In this document: positions 48,487 through 60,800 of the stretch, piece by piece
Position numbering within the stretch: the first letter of the stretch is position 1
How the letters are laid out: each line of letters opens with the position of its first letter
NCBI GenBank assembly: GCA_947570695.1
Contig: CANOVB010000005.1
Span: 67,487-131,486 of the forward strand
Direction: 5' to 3'
Origin: an uncultured Clostridium sp.
GTDB lineage: Bacteria; Bacillota; Clostridia; TANB77; CAG-508
Length of the DNA stretch: 64,000 nucleotides
Notes under the pieces: model-generated
What the model was told of the DNA's origin: nothing
The model's database searches: none
What the model saw: only the letters and a program-made list of their open reading frames with translations
Translations under genes and position numbers: made by a program

Positions 48487-49266
48487 ATGGATAAAATAAT
48501 GAGATACAGTTTTGTTGTAGGACTTTTAATAGTTTGCATTTTACAATTCGCATTGTCTTCACAAGCAAATACCTTAAGTAATGAACTTTTGGCTTGGGGA
48601 TTTAGAAGAGGTGAAAATCATAAACAGGCAAGCTTAGATACTGCAAGTGAGAAAGTTATAAGAGAATTTGAAGGAATTTCAATGGGAAATCCAAATAGTC
48701 AAAAAATTTATTTAACTTTTGATTGTGGATATGAAGCAGGATATACAGAAGCAATTTTAGATGCACTTGCTGAAAATGATGTTAAAGCAAGTTTTTTTAT
48801 TACAGCACATTATTTAAATACAGCAGGTGATATTGTAAAAAGAATGATTGAAGAAGGTCATATCGTAGGAAATCATACTGTTAATCATAAATGCTTACCT
48901 AATATTAGTGATGATGAAATAAAAAAGGAAGTTATGGATTTGCATAATAGTTTATATGAAAAATTTGGATATGAGATGACATATTTTAGACCACCAAAAG
49001 GTGAATTTAGTGAGAGAGTTATAAGTGTAGTAAAAGACTTAGGATATACCACAGTTATGTGGTCTTCTGCATATGATGACTGGGATAAAGAAAAACAAGG
49101 AAGAGAAGAATATGGAAAAAAGAAAATAGTAGATAATGTACATAATGGCTGTGTATTATTATTACATGCAACTTCAAGTGATAATAGTAAAATTTTATCT
49201 GATGTAATAAAAGATATAAAAAATATGGGATATGAATTTAAAAATATAAATGAATTTGAATGGTAG
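48487..49266 (+). CDS. polysaccharide deacetylase (NodB-fold), PdaA-like sporulation-associated
   Basis: Signal peptide. TFDCGYE (TFDDG-like motif 1) and HTVNH (motif 2). 259 aa. Confidence 0.75.
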   Translation: MDKIMRYSFVVGLLIVCILQFALSSQANTLSNELLAWGFRRGENHKQASLDTASEKVIREFEGISMGNPNSQKIYLTFDCGYEAGYTEAILDALAENDVKASFFITAHYLNTAGDIVKRMIEEGHIVGNHTVNHKCLPNISDDEIKKEVMDLHNSLYEKFGYEMTYFRPPKGEFSERVISVVKDLGYTTVMWSSAYDDWDKEKQGREEYGKKKIVDNVHNGCVLLLHATSSDNSKILSDVIKDIKNMGYEFKNINEFEW

Positions 49267-49404
49267 AATAAAAGTAAATAATTAAGAAATAGTAGATAAT
49301 AGATAATTTAATTTTTTTTAAGTTATCTATTTTATTATTTTTAAAAAGATGATATAATGCAAATGAAAATTTAATATGAAATAAAAGGGGTTTTCACAAT
49401 ATAA

Positions 49405-51147
49405 ATGGAAGAAAACGAAAGCAAAAATATATTAAAAAAAATATTCAAAAATGAAAACTTTACTAATTATATAATAATATTAATAGTTAGTATCATAATA
49501 AGTATACCTTTAACAAAAGGATATATTATAGGACATGATTCGGATGCACATATATCAAGAGTTATGAGTACTGTAATTAGTTTAAAGTCACATCAAATTT
49601 TGCCTATGATATCATCAAATTATGTAAATGGATTGGGATATTCTTGGAATTTATTTTATCCACCACTTACAAATTATTTAGCAGTTATTTTAAGGGTGGT
49701 TTGTCAGTCATATACTCAAAGTTTAAATTTATTAGTGTTTTTTAGTATTATAATATCTGGAATATTTATGTATAATTTTGCACAAAAAGTAAGTAAATCT
49801 AAAAAAGTTGGACTACTTTCTGCAGTATTTTATATAACAATTCCATACAGAATATCTGATATTTATGTTAGATATGCAATGGGAGAAATTGTTTCTTTTG
49901 CATTTTTACCACTAGTATTTAATGGATTATATAGTATTTTGGAGGAGAATGGAAAAAGAAATTATTTGCTTACAATAGGTGCAGTAGGACTTTTATTAAC
50001 ACATAATATTACAACACTATTAGTAATTATAGTATGTAACATATTTGTTATTTTACATATAGATAGATTTAAAAAACTTCAAGTTATTAGAGACTTACTT
50101 ATAAATGCGATTTTTATTTTACTTATAGTAGCATGTTTTTATGGACCATTTGTTGAAAGTAAAAATGCGACAGACTATGCTGTATTTGGAGGTTTTACAA
50201 ATGAAGAAACTTTAAGTAAAAATGCAGTAAGTTTATGGGAAATTTTGATTGGAAAATTGTATTTTAAAGATGAGGTAGAAGTAGGATTTAGAATTTCAGT
50301 TGCGATTGGATTAGTAACAATTATTCCATTAGTTTTAACTCCATTTATATATAAAAAGATTGAAAAAAGTAAAAGAAGAATGTATATAATTTCAATAGTT
50401 TTAATTTTACTAACTATATTTGCTTCAAGTAAATATATGGTATGGAACTTTATGCCTGAAATATTTAAGTTTATACAGTTTCCATATAGACTATTAATTA
50501 TAACTAGCTTTTTAATAAGCATTATATCAGCAATTAATTTAGAAAAGATATTTGAAAAATTCACATATAGAAAAATATTAATAATTACTATTATAGCTTT
50601 AGTATATATTACACCATTATTAATTTGTACAAAAGTTGATCAAAATTATGATGAGAATAAATATTATGAAATAGAAAAAAATGAGAATCCTTATCCAGGT
50701 TCAAAATCGGATTTTTCTTCAACTTATGAATATTTACCAAGTAATGGATATAATAATTTGGTTTATTTATTTGAAAGATCAAGAAATCCAGAATTTTTAA
50801 TAGGACCAGGGGCTATTACAGAAGTACAAATTGATAGATTTAATAATTATATTTTCCATGTTGAAAATTTTGGAACTAATATATTAAAAATAGAAATGCC
50901 AATGGTATATTATTTAGGTTATGAAGTTACTTTTGAAGGAGAAAATTTAGGATATGAAGAATCAGATTTAGGTTTAATAATGATAACTACTCCTGATGGA
51001 AAAAGTGGAACAATGACAGTTAAATATACTGGTACAGAACTTGCTAAAAAATGTTTAATAACATCAGTAATCTCAGGTTTTGTATTTGTAATATATATTT
51101 TAATTTCAGAAATTATAATTTATAAAAAACGAAAAAGGAATATTTAA
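49405..51147 (+). CDS. polytopic membrane protein, GT-C-fold glycosyltransferase-like (YfhO-type)
   Basis: About 12 TM segments with an extracytoplasmic loop carrying GHDSDAHISR near the N-terminus. Confidence 0.35.
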   Translation: MEENESKNILKKIFKNENFTNYIIILIVSIIISIPLTKGYIIGHDSDAHISRVMSTVISLKSHQILPMISSNYVNGLGYSWNLFYPPLTNYLAVILRVVCQSYTQSLNLLVFFSIIISGIFMYNFAQKVSKSKKVGLLSAVFYITIPYRISDIYVRYAMGEIVSFAFLPLVFNGLYSILEENGKRNYLLTIGAVGLLLTHNITTLLVIIVCNIFVILHIDRFKKLQVIRDLLINAIFILLIVACFYGPFVESKNATDYAVFGGFTNEETLSKNAVSLWEILIGKLYFKDEVEVGFRISVAIGLVTIIPLVLTPFIYKKIEKSKRRMYIISIVLILLTIFASSKYMVWNFMPEIFKFIQFPYRLLIITSFLISIISAINLEKIFEKFTYRKILIITIIALVYITPLLICTKVDQNYDENKYYEIEKNENPYPGSKSDFSSTYEYLPSNGYNNLVYLFERSRNPEFLIGPGAITEVQIDRFNNYIFHVENFGTNILKIEMPMVYYLGYEVTFEGENLGYEESDLGLIMITTPDGKSGTMTVKYTGTELAKKCLITSVISGFVFVIYILISEIIIYKKRKRNI

Positions 51148-51170
51148 AATTATAGTAGAAGGGGAAAAAG

Positions 51171-52841
51171 ATGGAAACAAATTCTGAAAAAGAGGAACTT
51201 CAAAATAGTAATGAAGAAATCGAAAATAGCAAACAAGAAGAAACTAAGGATTTAAAGAAAACAGAAGAAAAAAAAGAAAGAAAAAAGATTAGTTTTAAAA
51301 ACATTAATTGGATGACTGTTTTTAAAGAAATTGCTTATTGGGTGTTTGTAGGAATTTTAATATTATTTTTTGATTATTTAGAATTTAAAACTCCAGAAAA
51401 ATTGAGTGCTACAAATTATTTAAGTATGGATCCTAAAAGAGCACAAGCATTTATAGTATTATTTATATTTGCGCTAGTACTGGATATTGCTTTACATATT
51501 ACAAAAATCAAGAAGTTACAAATATATCAAAAATTTATAATATTAGCTGTTTCAATAGGAGTTTGTTATTGGGTAGCAGTTCCTTTTGGACAAGGAACTG
51601 ATGAAGTATCACATTTTTTGAGAGTATATGAAATTTCAAAAAAATATACTACTTTAAATTATCAAGATACAACTGAATTTCCAACAGAATTCGAAAAATT
51701 AGCTGTATTCCAACAAAGTAGAGAGATTTCTTATGATACATATAAAGAACATTTTGGAAGTTTTAATGTAATTTCAACAGAAAAAGCTGATATGGGATAT
51801 GCATATTGGAATATGAGATTATATTCACCAATTCAATATTTTCCACAAGCTGTGGCTCTTACGGTAGGAAGAATAGTAAGTAATAATATTTTAGTAATTG
51901 GAACTTTTGCAAGAGTAGGAGGATTTTTAGCTTGGGTATTACTTTGTGCTTATGCTATAAAAATTGTTCCAAATAGAAAAACTTTATTTATGATATTATG
52001 TTTATTACCAGTTAATATTTTTTCAGCAGTATGTATTTCAGGAGATACATTAACAAATGCAGCTTGTATGGTTTTCGTAGCAATGATTTATAGAAAAGTT
52101 TATTTAAAAGAAAAAATAGAATTAAAAGATAAAATTGTTTTAATTTTATCTGGATGCTTAATGGCACTTTGTAAAATTGTTTATTTACCATTTGTCTTTT
52201 TAGCACTGCTTCTAAAAAAAGAAAACTTTGATAGCAAAAAAGCTTGTATAGTATTTATAATTATTCTTATTGCTCTATCTTGTATAGTTGGAATTGGATG
52301 GTTAAAAATAGGAAATCAAAATTTGGTAGAATCTAATGCTGCTTCTAAAGATCAAGTTAAATTTATATTGCAAGATCCATTACATTATTTTTTAATAATG
52401 TTACATACTTTTGAAGAAAAAGGAACAGATTATATTTATCAATTAACAACAGGATTAGAGTTGATTTGTCATGGAAAAACAACAATATATCCAATAATTG
52501 GATATATAATTAGTATCGTAGTTGTTTTAGGAATATTTGTAAATGAAGATGATAAAGACACAAAAATAAATATTATTAGAAAAGTACTAGTATGGCTTAT
52601 TATATTAGGAGTTTCAGCACTAATTGCTACAGCAATATATGTACAATGGACATCGTTAATGGAAATTGGAAGATATATGATAGCAGGAATTCAAGGAAGA
52701 TATTTTATACCTGTTGTTTTATTATTAATATTTACAATAGATTCAGCAAGATTAAGTATAAAAAATAGAAATTTAATTTCATTTTTAACTATTATGCAAT
52801 TACCAGTTTTAGCGTTAATTATAAATACATTTGTAAAATAG
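51171..52841 (+). CDS. polytopic membrane protein (DUF2142/GT-C-like)
   Basis: Acidic/basic N-terminal tail, then ~12 TM segments. GQGTDEVSHFLRVYEIS loop motif. Confidence 0.35.
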   Translation: METNSEKEELQNSNEEIENSKQEETKDLKKTEEKKERKKISFKNINWMTVFKEIAYWVFVGILILFFDYLEFKTPEKLSATNYLSMDPKRAQAFIVLFIFALVLDIALHITKIKKLQIYQKFIILAVSIGVCYWVAVPFGQGTDEVSHFLRVYEISKKYTTLNYQDTTEFPTEFEKLAVFQQSREISYDTYKEHFGSFNVISTEKADMGYAYWNMRLYSPIQYFPQAVALTVGRIVSNNILVIGTFARVGGFLAWVLLCAYAIKIVPNRKTLFMILCLLPVNIFSAVCISGDTLTNAACMVFVAMIYRKVYLKEKIELKDKIVLILSGCLMALCKIVYLPFVFLALLLKKENFDSKKACIVFIIILIALSCIVGIGWLKIGNQNLVESNAASKDQVKFILQDPLHYFLIMLHTFEEKGTDYIYQLTTGLELICHGKTTIYPIIGYIISIVVVLGIFVNEDDKDTKINIIRKVLVWLIILGVSALIATAIYVQWTSLMEIGRYMIAGIQGRYFIPVVLLLIFTIDSARLSIKNRNLISFLTIMQLPVLALIINTFVK

Positions 52842-52861
52842 TTTAGTTTAGGAGAGTTTAT

Positions 52862-53338
52862 ATGAATTTTTTGGATATAGAAATAGATGAAGCATTATTT
52901 AAAAAATTAGTTATAGCTTCATTAGTTCTAATATGTATATATATGGCATTTACAATGAGTTCTATGCTAGTATTTAAAACATATACATTAGGAGCAAACA
53001 CTTCTGCAAATGATGAAAGCATCAATACACATATTGATTTATTGTCAATAGACGGAAAAAAGATTGAAATAACAGGATGGGCTTATGATAAGGATCAACC
53101 TATAAAAAAAGTTAATAGTAGTTTTGTTTTAAAAAATCAAGAAACAGATAAAATGTATTTAATGAGAACTGTTATGGAAAAAAATGAAGGACTAGAACAG
53201 ATAGGATATGCAAATGCTGGAATGCATGCACAATGTTTACGTTTAGGATTACCAAAAGGAAAATATCAAATTTATGTTCTTTATAAAAATGATGGACAAG
53301 ATATTTTGGCAGATACATTAATACCTTTTGAAATATAA
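52862..53338 (+). CDS. hypothetical membrane-anchored protein
   Basis: N-terminal TM, then an extracytoplasmic domain. RBS TAGGAGAG. Confidence 0.4.
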   Translation: MNFLDIEIDEALFKKLVIASLVLICIYMAFTMSSMLVFKTYTLGANTSANDESINTHIDLLSIDGKKIEITGWAYDKDQPIKKVNSSFVLKNQETDKMYLMRTVMEKNEGLEQIGYANAGMHAQCLRLGLPKGKYQIYVLYKNDGQDILADTLIPFEI

Positions 53339-53365
53339 TAAATTGTAAAGGTGGAAGTTTAAGTA

Positions 53366-54742
53366 ATGAAAGAAAATTTTAAAAAATTCATAAGTGATGG
53401 TAGAGGTGTTATTTTAACAATATTTATTTTGCAATTAATATTAGTTATTTTTGTAACACCAAATAGATTTGATGATGAAAGATTCTTAGGGTGGATAAGC
53501 CAAAGACCTATATTTGACGTTCTTGTAGATAGATATACTAATTGGACATCAAGAGTAATTATTGATGGAACAATATTTACTTTACTAAAAATATCAAAAT
53601 ATGCTTGGATGCTAGTTCATGCTGGAATGATGGCTTTAATAGGATATTCAATATTAAAATTATTTTTAAAAAAGGAAAATAGAACTCAGATGAGTTCTAT
53701 GGTATTAATCCTGATTTTAATATATCCTATAAATCTTATGGCAGAAACAGGTTGGGGAGCAACCACTTCAAATTATATGTGGCCACTGGCAACGGCACTT
53801 TTTGCTTTAATTCCAATAAAAAAAGCATGGGATAAAGAAAAATTTAGATGGTTTCAATTTCCACTTTATGCAATAGCTTTAATTTATGCATGTAATCAAG
53901 AACAAACATGTGCAATATTATTTGGAACATATACTTTATTTACAATATTACTTATTATAAAAGATAAGAAGATTCATCCAATGGTTGTAATTCAACTTTT
54001 ATTAACAGTTTTGAGCTTAGTTTTTATATTTACAACACCAGGAAACTATATTAGGCAAAATACAGAGATGGAGATGAATTTTCCAAATTTTGAAATGTTA
54101 ACTTTCCAAGATAAATTATCACTTGGATTTACATCTACAGCTAATGTAATATTTAATAATTATAGCATACCATTTGGAGCATTAAGTTTGTGTATTTTAG
54201 TATATATTTGTATTACATACAAAGAAAGAATATATAAAATAATAGCAGCAATACCATTTGTATCTATTTGTGTGTTAAGTTATTTTAGAGATATTGTTTT
54301 TAATGTATTTCCATATTTTAGAGAATTTATAAAAGTATTTACAACTAGTGATGGAACAATTTTAACAGTAGCAAATAGTAATAATTTATTTAATGTTTTT
54401 CCAATAATTTTTTCATTAATTATATTTATTTGTTTACTACTTAGCATATTAATAATTTTTAAAAATATAAAAAATAATCTTGCTGCTTTAGTATTTTTAG
54501 TTGGACTTGCTTCAAGAGTTATGATGGGATTTTCTCCAACTATATTTGCCTCAGGAGTAAGAACTACAATATTTTTTGATTTTTCTATGTTAATTGTAAT
54601 ATTGTTAATTTGGCAAGAGTTTTCTAAAAAAACAGAAAAAAATGATATAAAAACTCAAAAAAAATTAGGCATAGTACTTGAATGTACGGGAATATTACAA
54701 TATATAAATGCATTATTATATATTTTAATTTCACAAAAATAG
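53366..54742 (+). CDS. polytopic membrane protein (GT-C/O-antigen-polymerase-like)
   Basis: About 12 TM helices. RBS AAAGGTGGAAG. Confidence 0.35.
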   Translation: MKENFKKFISDGRGVILTIFILQLILVIFVTPNRFDDERFLGWISQRPIFDVLVDRYTNWTSRVIIDGTIFTLLKISKYAWMLVHAGMMALIGYSILKLFLKKENRTQMSSMVLILILIYPINLMAETGWGATTSNYMWPLATALFALIPIKKAWDKEKFRWFQFPLYAIALIYACNQEQTCAILFGTYTLFTILLIIKDKKIHPMVVIQLLLTVLSLVFIFTTPGNYIRQNTEMEMNFPNFEMLTFQDKLSLGFTSTANVIFNNYSIPFGALSLCILVYICITYKERIYKIIAAIPFVSICVLSYFRDIVFNVFPYFREFIKVFTTSDGTILTVANSNNLFNVFPIIFSLIIFICLLLSILIIFKNIKNNLAALVFLVGLASRVMMGFSPTIFASGVRTTIFFDFSMLIVILLIWQEFSKKTEKNDIKTQKKLGIVLECTGILQYINALLYILISQK

Positions 54743-54826
54743 GAACAAAAAAATTGAAGGTACATAACGAAGTAAAAATATATAAAAAATAAAATAATGT
54801 TCCTAAATTACGAAGGAGGGTAAAAG

Positions 54827-57511
54827 ATGAATGTTTCAAATTTTACAGAAAAATCTAAAGAGGCAATAACTGCTGCAAGTAATATTACAACAAGAAATAA
54901 TAATCCAGAAATTACAGAATTTCATTTATTAGCAGCGTTTTTAGAAGATAGAGAAAGTTTAATAACTTTATTATTTAAAAAGATGGATGTTGATGTAAAT
55001 TCTTTAAATACATTAATTCAATCAGAAATAGATAAGATGCCTAAAGTTACAGGATCAGTAGCTCTTCGATTTTCTGCTGAAGTTGAAAAAGCACTAGATG
55101 AGGCAGAAAAACAAGCAAGAAATATGAAAGATGATTTTATTTCTGTAGAGCATTTAATGCTAGGAATTTTTGAGTGTGCAACTGAAAATTTAAAAAGAAT
55201 TTTAAAAAACTATAAAGTTGATAAACATAAATTTTTAGTGGCATTAAAAGATATTAGAGGAAATGTATCAGTAAATTCTGATACACCTGAGAATTCTTAT
55301 GATGTATTAGGAAGATTTGGCAAAAATGTAACAGAACTAGCAAAACAGAATAAATTAAATCCTGTTATTGGTAGAGATGATGAAATTAGGAATGTAATAA
55401 GAATTCTATCACGTAAAACAAAAAATAACCCAGTATTAATAGGAGAGCCTGGTGTTGGTAAAACAGCAATAGTTGAAGGATTAGCACAAAGAATTGTTAG
55501 AGGAGATGTGCCAACAAGTTTAAAAGGGAAAACAATTTTTGAATTGGATTTAGGATTATTAATAGCAGGAGCAAAGTATAAAGGAGAATTTGAAGAAAGA
55601 TTAACAAGTGTTTTAAAAGAAATAGATAAAAGTGAAGGAAATATTATATTATTTATAGATGAAATTCACAATTTAGTTGGAGCTGGTAAATCAGATGGAG
55701 CAATGGATGCAAGTAATCTTTTAAAACCACGTTTAGCTAGAGGAGAACTTCACTGTGTTGGTGCTACAACTTTAGATGAATATAGGGAATATATAGAAAA
55801 AGATCCAGCACTTACAAGACGTTTTCAACAAGTGCTAGTTCAAGAGCCAACAGTAGAAGATGCAATTACAATTTTACGTGGAATTCAAGAAAAATTTGAG
55901 ATTTTCCATGGAGTAAAAATACAAGATTCAGCATTGATTGCTGCGGCAACATTATCAAATAGGTATATTTCAGATAGGTTTCTTCCAGATAAAGCAATAG
56001 ACTTAATAGATGAAGCATGTAGTATGATAAGAACAGAAGTGGAATCAATGCCAACAGAGTTAGATGTAATTTCTAGAAAAATAATGCAATATGAAATAGA
56101 AGAAAAATCATTAGAAAAAGAGGACCCAGAGGATGTTAGAGTACAAAAGCAGCTAACAACAATAAGAGGTGAGCTTTCAAAATTAAGAGAAAAATTTCAA
56201 GATATGAAAGCAAAATGGGAAAATGAAAAGAAAAATATATCAAGAATTCAAAAATTGAAAGAGAAAATAGATGATGTAAATGCACAAATTGAAAAAGCAG
56301 AAAGAAATTATGATTTAAACAAAGCAGCTGAATTAAAATATTCAACTTTACCAAATTTAAAAAAGGTTTTAGAGCAAGAAGAAAAAGAAGTAGAAAAAAC
56401 TCAAGGCAAAAATACTTTATTAAGAAATAAAGTTACAGAAGAGGAAATTGCAACAGTTGTTTCAAAATGGACAGGAATTCCAGTATCAAAACTTGCAGAA
56501 GCAGAAAAAGCAAAATTACTTAATTTAGAAAATATATTACATGAGAGAGTTATAGGGCAAGATGAGGCAGTAAAAAAAGTAAGTGAAGCAATAATAAGAG
56601 CAAGAGCTGGGATTGCTAATCCTAATAGACCAATAGGTTCATTCTTGTTCTTAGGTCCTACAGGTGTTGGAAAAACAGAACTTGGAAAAACTTTAGCAGC
56701 AACACTTTTTGATGATGAAAAAAATATGATAAGAATAGATATGTCTGAATATATGGAAAAATTTAGTGTTACAAGATTAATTGGTGCACCTCCTGGATAT
56801 ATTGGATATGAAGAAGGAGGACAGTTAACAGAAGCTGTTAGAAGAAAACCATATTCAGTTGTTTTATTTGATGAGGTTGAAAAGGCACATCCAGATGTAT
56901 TTAATATTTTTTTACAAATACTTGATGATGGAAGAGTAACAGATTCACAGGGGAGATTAATAGATTTTAAAAATACAGTAATTATATTAACTTCAAATTT
57001 AGGTTCTCAATATATATTAAATAGTATTGCAGAACATAAAGAAATTACAGAAGAGGCAAGAGATGCTGTAGATAAAATTTTAAAACAGCATTTTAGGCCA
57101 GAATTTTTAAATAGATTAGATGAAATAATTTGTTTTAAAGCTTTAGATAAAGAAGCAGTATATAATATAGTTGAACTTATATTAAAAGGTGTTATAAATA
57201 GAATAAAAGAAAAGGGAATAGAGCTTTCATTTACTAAAAATTCAATAAGATGGTTAGTAGAAGAAGGATATGATATGGAATTTGGTGCAAGACCATTAAA
57301 AAGAATTGTGCAATCTCAAGTAGAAACTCTTATAGCTAAAAAGCTTATAGCAAATGAAATTGTTGATGGAGATAAAATTGAAGTTTATTATGATAAACGA
57401 ATTGCAGGGCTTAATATTAGACCAAAACAAGAAATTGTCTCTAATGGTAATACGATTAGTAACAAACAAGAAGAAACTTCTAGTAATCAAGGAGATAATA
57501 ATCCAGAATAA
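54827..57511 (+). CDS. clpB: ATP-dependent chaperone ClpB
   Basis: Two AAA+ modules (GEPGVGKTA and GPTGVGKTE Walker A), a long coiled-coil M-domain between them, and a Clp N-domain. 894 aa. Confidence 0.9.
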   Translation: MNVSNFTEKSKEAITAASNITTRNNNPEITEFHLLAAFLEDRESLITLLFKKMDVDVNSLNTLIQSEIDKMPKVTGSVALRFSAEVEKALDEAEKQARNMKDDFISVEHLMLGIFECATENLKRILKNYKVDKHKFLVALKDIRGNVSVNSDTPENSYDVLGRFGKNVTELAKQNKLNPVIGRDDEIRNVIRILSRKTKNNPVLIGEPGVGKTAIVEGLAQRIVRGDVPTSLKGKTIFELDLGLLIAGAKYKGEFEERLTSVLKEIDKSEGNIILFIDEIHNLVGAGKSDGAMDASNLLKPRLARGELHCVGATTLDEYREYIEKDPALTRRFQQVLVQEPTVEDAITILRGIQEKFEIFHGVKIQDSALIAAATLSNRYISDRFLPDKAIDLIDEACSMIRTEVESMPTELDVISRKIMQYEIEEKSLEKEDPEDVRVQKQLTTIRGELSKLREKFQDMKAKWENEKKNISRIQKLKEKIDDVNAQIEKAERNYDLNKAAELKYSTLPNLKKVLEQEEKEVEKTQGKNTLLRNKVTEEEIATVVSKWTGIPVSKLAEAEKAKLLNLENILHERVIGQDEAVKKVSEAIIRARAGIANPNRPIGSFLFLGPTGVGKTELGKTLAATLFDDEKNMIRIDMSEYMEKFSVTRLIGAPPGYIGYEEGGQLTEAVRRKPYSVVLFDEVEKAHPDVFNIFLQILDDGRVTDSQGRLIDFKNTVIILTSNLGSQYILNSIAEHKEITEEARDAVDKILKQHFRPEFLNRLDEIICFKALDKEAVYNIVELILKGVINRIKEKGIELSFTKNSIRWLVEEGYDMEFGARPLKRIVQSQVETLIAKKLIANEIVDGDKIEVYYDKRIAGLNIRPKQEIVSNGNTISNKQEETSSNQGDNNPE

Positions 57512-57564
57512 AAAAGAAAATTAAAAGATTACTAAACAAAGGAATTGGGAAGATGAGAATAAAA

Positions 57565-57600
57565 AAGATATTTACATTTTTGTAAATATCTTTTTTATTT
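57565..57600 (+). terminator. rho-independent terminator after clpB
   Basis: AAGATATTTACA-TTTT-TGTAAATATCTT followed by a T-run. Confidence 0.6.
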
Positions 57601-57619
57601 AATAGGGAAGTGCTTTGCA

Positions 57620-57730
57620 CTTCCCTATTAAATAAAGCTTTCAGCAACTTTGTGCAGAAAAAATTCAAAGAAATTTTTCGCACATCGAACAAAGACGAGG
57701 GCATTTGCAATAAATTTTGTCTTTTTCAAT
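57620..57730. repeat. copy of the mosaic intergenic repeat family
   Basis: AAAGCTTTCAGCAACTTTGTGCAGAAAAA...CGCACATCGAACAAAGACGAGGGCATTTGCAATAAATTTTGTCTTTTTC aligns with 28650-28720 and partially with 8895-8960. Confidence 0.55.
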
Positions 57731-57825
57731 TTTCATAATGCCTTCTTTTGTTCTTATATGACATTTGCTTTTATATTTTTCAATTATAATAATGTCCTTT
57801 TGAGTTCTAATTTAAACATATTTAA

Positions 57826-60800
57826 TTAGTTTCCATCTGAAATTTTATAAACAATATTAAAATATTCAAATTTATCTGTTTCATTATTATATAGACAATC
57901 TAAATAAGAATTTAATTCTACAATATTTTTACAAGCTGTTATTATTGCTGGATTTAGATTAGAAGTAAACATTAAATCTAATCCTAAGTCTATAGCTGCA
58001 CGAATTGATGATTTTTCTTTTACTCTCATAAGAGTATAAGCCTCTTTGAAACGGGCAGATATAGGATTTTTATATACAGAAAGTGGAACAGTATATTCAT
58101 TTTCTATAACATCATCTACTGTTTTATATTTTTCAGAACCATTAAGTTTTTCACCAATTTCTTCTGAAGTATAAGGTAAGTACACTTTTTGAGTTTCTTC
58201 TGAAATTAGAAGAGTATTGCAATCATAAATTGATGAGACTAAAGCTTCTTCTTCATTTTCTAATTTTGAAATTATATCAGATAAAGAATCCATCATTTTA
58301 AATAAATCACTAGCAGGATCATTATCTATATCTATTTCAGAACTAATATCATTTTGGATATCTATTCTGTTTAAAGTATCAATATTATCGAAATTATTTC
58401 CTTCATTAAAGAATTCAGCAACATCAGTATGTTGAACATTAGTTTCTTTATCAATTTCAATATCAATATTTTCTTCACTAAATTCTTCACTAATACCAAA
58501 ATCTTCTTTATTTAAATTTTCACTACAATAGGTGATTTCTTCATTAGCATTGTAAATATCTTCTGAAGAATTATTTTGAATTTTACCATTTTCTTCATTA
58601 ATATTTTTTTCAACTGGTGCTCCAACTGTTAAAATTTCATTTTCAACATCTGATTCAAGCTCTATTTTTTCTGAAGTATTATCTAAGTCAAAAGAAACAT
58701 TTAATGTATTAGAAGACTCAAAAGATAAAACTTCTGTTAATAATTCCTCTTTCATCTTTTCATCAATATCACATTCAGATGAAGAAAGTTTTTCTTCAAA
58801 AATACTTTCTATGCTAGAAGCCTCATCATTAACTATATCTGATTCAGCAATAGTTTCTATATCTTTAATGTAATTTACATTTTCGGCTTCATTATCTAAA
58901 CTAGAGATATCATCATTTATATTGTCTATTTTAGTTGGAACTACGATGTTGTTATAGTAAGTAGCTTCATCATTAAGTGATAAATCATCAGAAATAGGGG
59001 AAGGAGCTACCTGAACTTCTGGTACAGCAACAGTATTAGCTGCAGCTACTTCTTGAATGGCTTCTAATGGTTTGGCAGTTGGTTCAAAATTATTTAAAAC
59101 ATTATGAATATCATTTTTCAATGAATTAACATCTGTTTGTAAGAAACTGTTTCCAAATGGTGTATTTAAGTTTGAATTTATAAAATTAGTTTCATCAAAA
59201 CTGAATTTTTTAAATATATTTGAAAATGCAGGAGTTGAAGATTTAGAACTTTCAGGTTTTGAAAAGCCTATTACATCCGTATTAATACTGCCAGCTACTT
59301 CAAAGGATAATTTATTTGTTAAATTAGTAGATGTTTCATCAATATTATTAAATGGAATAATGTTATCTGCTGCTTCATCTAAAACTACTCCATTTGTATA
59401 GTCATCATTTTCTATAGATGAATTTTCTTTTTCATAAAAATTTTCAGAAGGTAGTATATCATAATTATTAAAGTATATATTTAAATCTATATCTTTATCT
59501 TGAACTTCAACTTTATCTGAAGTTTCAGTTACTTCATCAATATTATCAATAACTTCTTCTTGTGTATCGCTTAAAATTTCATTTGCTTCATAACTAGTTT
59601 CAGAATCGTTTTGTATATCGCCTAAAGTTTTATCTACTTCATAGTTAGTTTTAGAATCTTCTTGTGTATTATCTGAAATTTCATTTGATTCATAATTAGT
59701 TTCATCTTGAATATTATTTGAAACTTCATTTATTTCGGAAATATTTTGTATATAATCATTAACATCATTTATAACTTCATCTTCAGAATTAATAGAATAG
59801 TCGTCAATTTTGTTAGTAATTTCAGCACAATCAGAGCTATTTAAATTGTCTACTTCCTCATCAATAATTTCAACTTCTGAATTAGTTTCAATTAAAGAGT
59901 CATATTCTTTTTCAATTTCTAATTCAGTATCAACATCAGCTTCAGAAACAACAATATCAAGTCCATTATCTATATCTCCAAGTAGAGGAGAATAATCGTT
60001 TCCTATTGAAGTTTTCACTTTACTAATATCAATAATTTTATCTGAATTTATATTTCCATCATTAATAGAATTTTCATTTTCTTCAACAATTTCTCCAGTA
60101 ATGTTGAATATATCTGAAATTTCTGTATCTATAATATTTGTAACATCATCTGAATTTGTTTCATTAATAATAGAATTATCAGAGATTTCTGCTTGATCAT
60201 TTGTTATATCATCAAAAGAGCAAATATCTTCAATTAAATCAGAAGAGTTATCTTCGATTTCTGTAATTACATTATTAATAGCAGATGCAATTTCTGATTC
60301 AATATCATAAGTTTCATCTGTTTTTATATTATCAACTTCTTCGATAGTAGAGGTATAGATATCATCAGTTTCGTTTTCTGAGTCTGTAACTGTAATATCA
60401 AATTTTTTAAATACAGAAGGTTCATAGAAAAATGTTGCATTTTGATTTATAGAAGAATCCTTTTTTGTGGATGCGCTAGAAACAACAGGTGTAACAACTA
60501 GAAGTGGCACATCTTGTAGTGGAACTTCTTTTTTTTCATTTGCAACTCCATTAACAGGTTCTTTAAATTCTTCTTTAACTGTTTCTTTATTTTTCCCTAA
60601 ATTTAAACAAAGATTTCTTTTTCTAGAATTGCCTTTTTTTACTATATCTGGTCTTATAATACTATGCTTAATTGCAGAATTTATAGAGACTGTAGGCAAT
60701 ACTTCAGGCTCTATTTTTACATTTTCTTTTTTTGGTTTAGAGACTTTTTCTGTAGTTTTTTTCTTAGTGTCTACAGTTGTTTTTTTGGCAGTAGTTTTTT

